A DNA stretch of 64,000 bases from Alphaproteobacteria bacterium (GTDB lineage: Bacteria > Pseudomonadota > Alphaproteobacteria > JAAXGF01), in contig CAUVXB020000001.1 of the NCBI GenBank assembly GCA_963555825.3, forward strand, positions 1 through 64,000, in the 5' to 3' direction. Position 1 is the first letter of the stretch; every line of letters starts with the position of its first letter. This document shows positions 30,762 through 40,102 of the stretch, piece after piece. The notes under the pieces are model-generated. The model did no database searches. It was not told the origin of the DNA and worked only from the letters and a program-made list of their open reading frames with translations. The position numbers were made by a program, and so were the translations under genes.

Positions 30762-31658
30762 TCACGGGCGTTGGGCGCCGGTCTGGGCGACCGGGACGGT
30801 GTAGAGCGCGGTCGTCGCGGTGATGAACAGACGGTCGCGCGCGGGCCCGCCGAAGGTCAGGTTGGCGACCGTCTCGGGCACCGCAATCTTGCCCAGCAGA
30901 ACGCCGTCGGGCGCCAAGCAGTGGATGCCGTCGGCGGCGCTGGTCCACAGGTTGCCCGCCGCATCGAAGCGGAAACCGTCGGGAAAGCCGTTGTCGATGA
31001 CGGCGAACACCGCGCCGCCCGAGCAAGACCCGTCGGCGGCGACGTCGAAGGCGCGGATGTGGCGGTCGTCGTCCGAATCGGCGACGTAGAGCCTGGTCTC
31101 GTCGGGCGAGAAGGCGAGGCCGTTGGGTTGCACGAAGTCGTCGATCGCGACGGCGAGCGCGCCGCTCTCGGGGTCGAGCCGGAAGACGTAGCGGCCGTCT
31201 TGCTCCTGCTCGGATACACCGCCTTCGTCGTCGCTCGAGATGCCGTAGGTCGGGTCGGTGAACCAGACCGTGCCGTCGGACCGGACGACGACGTCGTTGG
31301 GCGAGTTGAGCCGCTTGCCGTCGTGGCTGTCGGCCAGCACGGTGATCGTGCCGTCCGGCTCGGTGCGCGTCACCCGGCGGGTCTGGTGCTCGCAGCTCAC
31401 CAGACGGCCCTGGCGGTCGCGCGTGTGGCCGTTGGCGAAATTCGACGGCCGGCGAAACTCGCGGACGCCGAGGCCCTCGCACCATTGCAGCATGCGGTCG
31501 TTGGGGATGTCGCTGAACAGCAGCGTCCGCGTGTCGGCGAACCACACCGGCCCTTCGGCCCAGCGCATGCCGGTGTAGAGCGTTTCGAGCGTCGCGCCCG
31601 GCACGAGCAGTTCGGCAAAGCGCCGGTCGATGATCTCGACGTCGAGTTCTTGGGTCAC
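30762..31658 (-). CDS. SMP-30/gluconolactonase/LRE family protein
   Basis: WAEGPVW, NSPND, FTDPTYG, PNGLAFSPDE, PDG motifs. Confidence 0.93.
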   Translation of the reverse strand: MTQELDVEIIDRRFAELLVPGATLETLYTGMRWAEGPVWFADTRTLLFSDIPNDRMLQWCEGLGVREFRRPSNFANGHTRDRQGRLVSCEHQTRRVTRTEPDGTITVLADSHDGKRLNSPNDVVVRSDGTVWFTDPTYGISSDDEGGVSEQEQDGRYVFRLDPESGALAVAIDDFVQPNGLAFSPDETRLYVADSDDDRHIRAFDVAADGSCSGGAVFAVIDNGFPDGFRFDAAGNLWTSAADGIHCLAPDGVLLGKIAVPETVANLTFGGPARDRLFITATTALYTVPVAQTGAQRP

Positions 31659-31751
31659 ACTATTGCTCCGTACAAATATTCGGTCGTCGCCCTGCAACCG
31701 CCAGACACGGCTGGAACCCGAGACGCGTCGGTCGTATTTCCGGCGCCACGC

Positions 31752-32961
31752 TTACTTGATCACCACGTCGCGCGCTTTACTGGTGAGGATTTCGCAACCG
31801 GTATCGGTGACCGCGATGGTTTCGCTTGTACCTATGACGAACTGCTTGGGGAACGCGCCAGGAGAACGGCGTGTGGAACGTCATACCGACAGCGAGTTCG
31901 AGGTCTTTTGCGTCGGACATATAGGCTGGCCCGTCCGTCCAGGTCGGCGGAAAGCCAAGCCCGACCGAATAGCCGAAGTGGCCGGACCGGAAGATTTCCC
32001 GGTCCAAGGGCGCGACCACCGCCGCGACTTCGTCCGCGATGTCGCGCGTGCCGCGACCGGCGCGTACGGCGCCGTACAGCGTTTCAAGCGCCACGAGTTG
32101 GATGTCGATGATGCGCCGTTGCAGATCGCTTGGTTTGCCGGTCAGCACGGTCCGCATCTGCGGCGCCGTATAGCGGTGGAAACAGCCGCCGAATTCGAGT
32201 AGAACCGGATCGCCCGCAGAAATGGCGTGGCGCTTGAACGTGGTGTGAAAATAACCTGTTCGGTGCCCGGCATTGACGATCGGGTCGATCGAGAAGAATT
32301 CCGATCCCTGCTCTATCATGACCTTGGCGGCCACCGCGGCGACATCGTTCTCGGTTATTCCCGGTTCGACCGCGTCGATGCCGGCGCGCATTCCCGCCGT
32401 CGTGATCGTTGCGGATTCGCGCATCCACTCCAGCTCGGCCGGCGACTTCGTTACGCGCACATCGAACATGAGAAAAGTGGCGTCGACGAACTGCACATCG
32501 TCGAGTTTCGCCCGCAGGCTGTCCAACAGCTTGGCGTCGAGAGGACCGCGATTGCCCATTTCGATGCGGCCCGCCTGCACACCGATCCGGCTTCGCGCAT
32601 GACCGCGCGAAGCCAGCAATTCGGCAAGTTGGCCCGGCACCGCGTCGACGCCGACCCAATCAAACAGCACGAGATCCTCGATGTCGCCGTGCAGCACCGC
32701 ACATGAGGCTTCAACTTCGCCAACCTGCATAAACGGTGGTTCGACAAGCGGCACGGCGAGACAGGCATATGCGTCCGGCCACAGGGTCTGATAGCCGGTC
32801 AGATAACAAAGGTCGACCGCACTATGCACGAGCAACACGTCAATCTCGCTCGCCGCCATCTTTTCGCGTACGCGCGCCAGCCGTGCGGCGTACTCCTCCG
32901 GTGGAAACGATCGTTCCCTGGGCACGGGCCCGCTCAGGAGAGCTTCGAGATAGTTATCCAT
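31752..32961 (-). pseudogene. M24 Xaa-Pro peptidase/creatinase-like protein, frameshifted near the C-terminus
   Basis: YLTGY, KSPAE, GYSVG; removing one base from the G4 run at 31848-31851 restores GTSETIAVTDTGCEILT-stop. Confidence 0.8.
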
Positions 32962-33009
32962 CGGCGGCCTCCGAAGCGTTGCGCAGGTGTTTTGTTATCA
33001 GCCCGGTCG

Positions 33010-33200
33010 CCGCCGCACCAGACCCTCGCGGTGGATCAGGCGGACGCGGGGCGGGCTCGCCCCGGCCAAGTCGGTGATGTCGACAGTATAGGGGCCGCTC
33101 GACTTTTCGAGCTTCTTGCTGAGCGTTGGTAGCAACTCGGGCGGCAAAGGCGCGGCGGCCTCGATGGCGAGCTCGGTCTCGTTCGACCAGCCGCCGGCGC
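33010..33200 (-). pseudogene. 3' fragment of a minimal nucleotidyltransferase paralog
   Basis: Diverged repeat of ~39265-39455; truncated next to IS630. Confidence 0.75.
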
Positions 33201-33209
33201 GTTCTTATA

Positions 33210-34380
33210 CCAGTGAGCGCCTGAATTGACTCTCGGGATATTCATTGATGGCGGATGATGGCGGATTGTGATTCTATGGTCTCCCACCAGATGTGGGGGA
33301 TGTCATGGGATCAGCACTCAAGATACGGGATGATTTGACGCCTTTGGAGCTTCGGCGCTGGGCTCGCGTGGAATCGTACGGTCGAGCGGCGGCGCGGGCC
33401 TATGGGATCGCGAATGCTTTGGAGGAGATGCCCCGGGCTGATGCCGCGCGGCTTGCGGGGATGGATCGCCAAACGCTTCGCGACGCGGTTGTTCGTTACA
33501 ATGCAAAGGGATTGGAGGGGCTTCACGACCGTCCAAAGGGCTACTCGCCGCGGCGGCTGACGGCAGACGAGGAAGCGGCGCTGGCGGCGGTCATCATCGC
33601 CGGGCCGGAGCCTGAGCGCGACGGGGTTTGCGCCTGGACCCGGGCCGATCTGTGCCGCTGGCTGGAGGAGCGCTTCGCCAAGACCTACCACCCCTCGAGC
33701 ATGACCCGGGTTCTACGGCGGATGGGATTTTCCCGCCAGAAGGCGCGCCCGAGCCACCCGCGAAGGGACGCCGAAGCGCAGGAGCGCTTCAAAAAAGGGG
33801 GCTTCGCGACATCCTGAAGGCGACCGCCGCGGCGCATCCCGACAAGCGCCTACAGCTGTGGTTTCAGGATGAAGCGCGCGTCGGCAACAAGGGCCGGGTG
33901 TGTCACCGGTGGTGGCGCAGGGGCGAGCGTGCCCCCGGGACGCGTCAAATCGGCTACCAGTGGGCCTACATCTTCTCCGCCGTGCGCCCGGACACCGGCG
34001 ACGACGTCACCCTGGTGATGCCGAGCGTCAACGCCAAGGTCATGGACCTGTTTCTCGCACACTTCGCCGATACCCTGGACCAGGATGCGCACGCCGTCAT
34101 GATGTGCGACGGCGCCGGTTGGCACGACGAGCGCGCCCTCACCGTCCCCGACAACGTCACCTTGGCGCTGTTGCCGCCTTACAGTCCCGAACTCAACCCC
34201 GTCGAGCGGGTTTGGCTCTACCTACGCGAACGCTTCCTATCGCTCCGCGTCCTCGACGACACCGAGGCCATCATCGACGCCTGTTGCCAAGCATGGATCG
34301 ACCTCATCGCAGAACCGGATCGTATGCGAACCCTCTGCGCCTATCCATGGATCATGAAGGTGATTTCATAGGCTCACTGG
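33210..34380 (+). mobile_element. IS630-family element, two-ORF type, copy 2
   Basis: Same sequence as 26517-27687, TA at both flanks. Confidence 0.95.
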
Positions 34381-34443
34381 TATTAGATGGCGGCAGGAAT
34401 GTTGCAACAAGAAAGGAGCGAGGCCAGCCTTCTCTTCGGTTAG

Positions 34444-35904
34444 CAGCCCGTTGACGAAGTCGGCACTGGACGCAAGCGGCCTGGTCTGATTCTTTGATGT
34501 TCTGATTTGACCGGAGGATTCGCCGATGGCGATGGGACAGCAGAAGGATCGTCAGGGGGACTTGATGGTGGGCTGGGCGGAGATGCCGCGCTCGCCGGGT
34601 CATGTGTTTTACGACCGCCTGCAGTCGGTGCTGATCGAGGGCGGCTTCGACGCCTTTGCCGAGGCGAGCTGCCGGCCCTATTACGCGGCCAGGATGGGCG
34701 CGCCCTCGGTGCCGCCCGGGCGCTATTTCCGCATGCACCTGGTGGGCTACTTCGAGGGCATCGACTCAGAGCGCGGTCTGGAGTGGCGTTGCTCGGATTC
34801 CCTGTCGCTGCGGGAGTTCCTGCGACTGGGGAGCCGTGAGCGGGTGCCGGACCATTCCTGGCTGTCGAAGACCCGCGCGCGCCTGCCCCATGAAGTCCAC
34901 GCGGCGGTCTTCGACTGGGTTCTGGCCTTGATCGGCGAGGCGGGTCTGGTGAAGGGCGAGCGCATCGGGGTGGATGCCTCGACCATGGAGGCCAACGCGG
35001 CGCTGCGCAACATCGTGCGGCGCGACACGGGTGAAGGCTACCGGGAGATGCTGGAGCACCTGGCCCGGGAGAGCGGCATCGAGACGCCCACGGCCGAGGA
35101 CCTGGCGCGTCTGGACCGCAAGCGCAAGGGCAAGAAGCTTTCCAACGAGGACTGGGTTTCGAAGAGCGACCCCGAGGCCAAGATCGCCAAGATGAAGGAC
35201 GGCACGACGCATCTGGCCTACAAGCCCGAGCACGCGGTGGATCTGGACACCGGCGCGGTGGTGGCCGCCGAGCTGCACCCGGCCGACGAGGGCGACACGA
35301 CGACGCTTCCCAAAACGTTGGAGACGGCCAAGGAGAACCTTGCGAGCGTTGACGCGGCGCCGACGGCAGAGGACCCGGCCGAATGTGTGACCGACAAAGG
35401 CTATCACTCACGGGCGGTCTTGAAGGCCTTGGACAACGGCCCGTGGAAGACCCGGATCGCCGAGCCCAAGCAGAAGGGCTTCGCGCGCTGGCGCGGCGAC
35501 GAGGCGGCGCGGCGCGCGGTCACCAACAACCGGACCCGGCTGTTATCGGGGGTGGCCAAGCAAGCCTTCAAGCTGCGCGCCGAGATCGTCGAGCGCTCCT
35601 TCGCCCACAACCTCGATCGCGGCGGCATGCGCCGGACCTGGCTTCGGGGCCGCGAGAACGTGCACAAGCGATACCTGCTCCACGTCGCCGGCCACAACCT
35701 ATCGTTGCTGATGCGCCAACTCATCGGCGCCGGCACCCCGCGCGAGGCCGTGGCGGGCGGATATGGCGGTATTTTCGTGCTGCTCACGCCCACCGGGGCC
35801 ATGCTGGGCGCACTGGGGGTCTCGCAAAGCGGCCAGACGGTTTTCGCCGCCGCATTCCTCATCTGGGAGTGAGAGCCGGAAAAAGCCACTTAATCAACGG
35901 GCTG
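34444..35904 (+). mobile_element. IS1182/IS5-like element; transposase 34526-35872
   Basis: IR CAGCCCGTTGA / TCAACGGGCTG, TTAG duplicated (34440-34443, 35905-35908); DUF772-like N-terminus, VDAS, TDKGY, VERSFA. Confidence 0.9.
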
Positions 35905-36000
35905 TTAGAGGCGCCTCGGTGCCTTTCGGCCTACCCGGTGCGGTCGAAGTCGGCCAGTTCAGTGGGGCCACGGGTCCAGAACAACGCTCCTCTAAAATGT

Positions 36001-38085
36001 TCAGGAGTTGGTCGGCGCGTCGGTGGGTGCAGGCGGGGGTGCTTCCTCCGCGTATTGCGGTTGATGGAACCGTATACCCGCAAGACCTACCGCAATTAGT
36101 GCACCCGTAGATAGAAGAAAGCATATCCACGCGACACCGTATAAGCCGACGAACGGCCACGCCATGTCGAGAACATGTGAAGAGCTTACCAGTATGACAA
36201 CAGAAATCGCCTCCGCAATAATGATGAACAAACCTTGTCCAAGCGAGCGCAACGGAATCCATATTTTCTTTGCACTGAGCCTTGGGGCTTCATCCCATCG
36301 AATCACTTCCTGCCCGACGAGAGCAGTGAGCCTCGGGCGTATGACGTAGTGTATCGCACCCGGTTCCTTGGACACAAGTTTGTCTCATGCGGCGGGCCTG
36401 AGTGACATCGCGGTGTGCCACGCCTGACGAGCTTGAGCGGGGCTCAGGTAGCCGTTCTTCTCCACGATCCACTGGGCATTGTACTGTTCGACGAACCCGC
36501 GGACGGCGTTCCGCAGCTCCGCGATGTTGCGGTAGATGCGGCCATGGATGATCTGTTCCTTGAGCGTGCGATTGAACCTCTCGGCGACGCCGTTGGTCTG
36601 GGGCTGTTCGACGAAGGCGTAGGACGGCTGGATGCCCCAGAACTTGATCTGGTTGGTGAAGTGGTCCGACAGATACTGGGAGCCGTGATCCATCCGCAAG
36701 GCCAGCCCCCGCGCCGCACCGGCGGAGGTCGAGGCATACAGCCTCGCAAGCCCCATGGAGATCGGCTGAAGGGCGGCGAAGCGGTCGCCTCGCTTGCACA
36801 CATGCCAGCCGACGCACTCGGCGTTCCAATGCTCGATGGCGGTGAATATCCAGCCCCAGCCGTCGTCCACCGTGAACACCCGAACGCCGTCCGTGCCCCA
36901 CATGAGGTTGGGGGCATGGGTGATGATCTCACCGACATGGGGATTTCCGCCACGGCGGCGGCAGCGATGGGGCGAGAGCAGGTTGTTCTCGCGCATCACC
37001 CGGAGCCCCCGCTTGCGGGAAACACGGATGCCACGACAGACCCGAAGCCGAGCCCAGACCTTGCGGTGTCCCTCGCCCTCCCAGGGGGATGCCTCCAGGT
37101 CGGCCTCGATGGCCACCAGCAGAGCCTCGTCCGAGATCGAGGGCTTCGGTCCCCGGCGCTTTGCTGGTGGGCGCTCAGCGGTGGCCTGCTGCCGGGATTT
37201 CATGGCGTAGAACGAGGAACGGGCAAAACCCCAGGCCGCACAGACCCGCTGGAGGCCGTAGGCCAAACCCGTGCCGGGAGAGGTGGCGGCACTCATCGCC
37301 GCGACCTCCGCCGCCCCAAAGGGCCGGACGTCTCCGTCTTGGCCTCCAGCAGTTCCACCTGCATGATCAACTCCCCGATCCGCTTCATGGCGATGTCCAG
37401 TTCCGCCTTCACCGGATCGCCCTTGCGTTCCTTGAGCGAGGCATCGATCCCGGCGATCGCCTTCTCACGCCACTGCTCGAGCCGGAAAATCTCCACGCCC
37501 AACTGCCGCGACAAAAGTTCCACCGGCTCGCCACGCAAAAGCCGCAGGGCAACCTCACGCTTGCGCGTCACCGTCCACCGCTGGCCAAGTCCCAGCGGGC
37601 CTGCCGGCGAAACCTGGCCCGGGGAAAACGTGGACGAGCCAAGCTCGCCCTCGTTTACCACAGGCCCATCAACAGCAACTTTGTTCTCAAAATTGTCGGT
37701 CATGTTCCGGTCCTCCTTGGACACTTCGATTAAGCCAATTCTGTGTCCAAGGAAATCGGGTCCGACTCAGGCGTATGACGTAGTGCACATATTGCGCTAT
37801 TGCTAAAAGGCCTGAAAAGAAACTCCCGATTCTTATAAGTAGGACGGAGTTCAGTACAGCCAAGAATATGAAGAGGATCGTCAGGCTTGGGGAGTCCTGA
37901 ACGGTTTGAATGTAGGCATCGATATCGAACTGACTCTCTGGTCGTAATAGATAACCTGCGATGCCAAACAACGCCGTAAGGTAGATGCCCGACATCCTAT
38001 CGATGCGCTGCGAGTAATGATCGACCTCATCCCGAAGGGCCTGAAATTCTGCGAGATGAATTTGGACTTCTCTTTCGGAATCCAT
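36001..38085 (-). pseudogene. ~215-aa multi-TM hypothetical protein split by an IS
   Basis: ...QYVHYVIR (5' half) joins in frame to HYVIRPRLTAL... (3' half) across the 14-bp TSD. Confidence 0.8.
36350..37769 (-). mobile_element. IS3/IS481-like element; orfA 37293-37703, orfB (rve DDE) 36385-37296
   Basis: TG...CA ends, IR core TTCCTTGGACACA, WGTDG/MDHGSQY/NGVAERFN; TSD GGCGTATGACGTAG. Confidence 0.92.
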
Positions 38086-38310
38086 CGCCTAAATCTGCAA
38101 ATGAGTGCGCCCGCCTTCAAAGTGACGGCGACAATTTCTGGCGTCCATTCAAAACTCAACCTAAACCCGCGATAAGCCCGTGTCTGCCTTATTTCATCCT
38201 GCGGTTACAGATCGGGCGCCCACTGGCAAGTACTGGCTAGGTCCAGCGTTACCCCTTGTACGACGATATTGATAACGCACGAAAAGTCCGAAATTCGCCT
38301 TCGCCGATCG

Positions 38311-39051
38311 TTACCCTTTCCAAAAATTGTTTCTAGACAGTCTCGGTTCTACCAGCGTTTGCCCATCATTGACCACGCTCATTACACCGCCTCCGAGTTT
38401 CAAGTCTATCATCAGCATGAGTGCGGGCAGGTCCGCATATTGGATAAATGCGCCGTGTCGCGCCTTTTCCGGTGTCTGTCCAAGGGCGCCGTGAAGAGCA
38501 ACGCCCCAATTCTCGCTGAACCCGCTGCTTGAGTTCGAGCCTCGGGAAACCGGCGTAATCCGCACATACTGGAATCCCTTCAGGACCGCGACGCGACGAT
38601 TCATCGAGTGACTTAGGACCTTGCCCGCAATATCCTCTGTCGGAAATGCCCTTCGATAGGCATTACGGTAGCGAGTATAGCCCACATGGACCCATACCTG
38701 CATTCGGCGGTGGAGGACTGCAGACCCCTCCATTTCCCAGATAGGCAAGCTGGCGTCAATGGGCGGCGGCTCCTTGGTCCGAACCAGGAACGCCTTGTTG
38801 GGCGTGCCCTTCGCCAAAATTTTCACAATTTCGCCGATGTAGATCGTGATCGATTCCTCATTGAGAGCGGCGATCGGCACATGCACGCATTCCGGCAAAA
38901 CGTAGCGCCGGAACGCAATATCTCGGGCGACATGATCAATATCGAACGTCAAATCAATTATGGGGGGAGTGCGCGGGAACTGAGATATCGGCGCCGTCTG
39001 AAATTGTAGGGCGGTCGTGACGATTCGGCGAGGGTGCCGACAACGGCTCAC
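38311..39051 (-). CDS. Hypothetical protein (lower GC; start uncertain)
   Basis: 246-codon ORF with globular composition. Confidence 0.6.
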   Translation of the reverse strand: MSRCRHPRRIVTTALQFQTAPISQFPRTPPIIDLTFDIDHVARDIAFRRYVLPECVHVPIAALNEESITIYIGEIVKILAKGTPNKAFLVRTKEPPPIDASLPIWEMEGSAVLHRRMQVWVHVGYTRYRNAYRRAFPTEDIAGKVLSHSMNRRVAVLKGFQYVRITPVSRGSNSSSGFSENWGVALHGALGQTPEKARHGAFIQYADLPALMLMIDLKLGGGVMSVVNDGQTLVEPRLSRNNFWKG

Positions 39052-39055
39052 GTTT

Positions 39056-39234
39056 CACCATTGCAGCATGCGGTCGTTGGGGATGTCGCTGAACAGCAGC
39101 GTCCGCGTGTCGGCGAACCAGACCGGCCCTTCGGCCCAGCGCATGCCGGTGTAGAGCGTTTCGAGCGTCGCGCCCGGCACCAGCAGTTCGGCGAAGCGCT
39201 CATCGATGATCTCGACGGTGTTGTCCTGTGCCAC
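39056..39234 (-). pseudogene. 5' fragment of an SMP-30/gluconolactonase paralog
   Basis: Near-identical to ~31480-31658, with its own RBS and GTG. Confidence 0.85.
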
Positions 39235-39247
39235 GTCGTTGCTCCGT

Positions 39248-39562
39248 TCAGTCTTCCCCGGGCCGCCGCCACACCAATCCTTCGCGGTGGATCAGGCGGA
39301 CGCGGCGCGGGCTCGCCACAGCCATGTCGGTGATGTCGACGGTATAGGGCCCACTCGACTTCTCGAGTTTCTTGTAGAGCGCGGGCAGCAGCTCGGCCGG
39401 CAGGGGCGCGGCGGCCTCGATGGCGAGTTCGATTTCGTTCGACCAGCGACCGGCGCCGCGCGCGTGGGCGTCGCAGAGATAGACCGTGGCGTCGATACCG
39501 TCGAGCGCGGCCAGCACGGTCGCGCGGATGCGGCCGAGGTGGCGGTCGCTCGAGACCGACAC
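39248..39562 (-). CDS. Minimal nucleotidyltransferase (MNT)-like protein, catalytic motif degenerate
   Basis: VYLCDAHARG...NEIELA...PYTVDITD versus canonical VYLFGSRARG...SDIDLA. Confidence 0.65.
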   Translation of the reverse strand: MSVSSDRHLGRIRATVLAALDGIDATVYLCDAHARGAGRWSNEIELAIEAAAPLPAELLPALYKKLEKSSGPYTVDITDMAVASPRRVRLIHREGLVWRRPGED

Positions 39563-39568
39563 GGGTTA

Positions 39569-40102
39569 GCCCGGCGTTCTCACTATGGACAGGCGCGTCA
39601 TCGCGTCGGGCGGAGCCGAGCCACCAGGAGAAGGCCGCCGAGCGTGGCCCGGGCCACGGTCAAGGTCTTCGACGCCGCGGGCGGCCCGCCCGGCGCGACC
39701 CGAAGGGCGGCGGATCTCGGACGACAGGCCGCGTCAAAGCGCTTGCCCGATGCGCGAGTACTCACTTGCACGATGCCACGGTACGTAGGACGGCCTTGCG
39801 TGGTCGTCCGGCAAGGCGCCCGGCGCGCCGTGATGCTGGGCGCATCGCAAGCGCCGGGCAACGCCGCCGGCGGCCGCGCAAGGCCGCCCTGCGGGTCGCG
39901 TTTCCCGCCCCCTCGGGGCGTCGGGAACGCTCTGCGATGCCAAGGCATCGCCGTCACGCCCCCGGCTGCCGAGGAAACGGGAAACGCGATCCTACGTGCC
40001 GTGGAATCGTGCAAGGGAGTACTGGCATCGCGCGGCGCCCTTTTCCTAGCCTGTCGGCCGATATCCGCCGTGCCGCACCTGTCCATAGTGAGAACTCCGG
40101 GC
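39569..40102. mobile_element. MITE-like palindromic element C (outer), containing element B
   Basis: IR GCCCGGCGTTCTCACTATGGACAGG / CCTGTCCATAGTGAGAACTCCGGGC (1 mismatch in 25); TTA on both flanks, the right one being the uvrA stop. Confidence 0.85.
39761..40019. mobile_element. MITE-like palindromic element B (259 bp), nested
   Basis: TA-CTCACTTGCACGATGCCACGGTACGTAGGA ... TCCTACGTGCCGTGGAATCGTGCAAGGGAG-TA. Confidence 0.88.
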
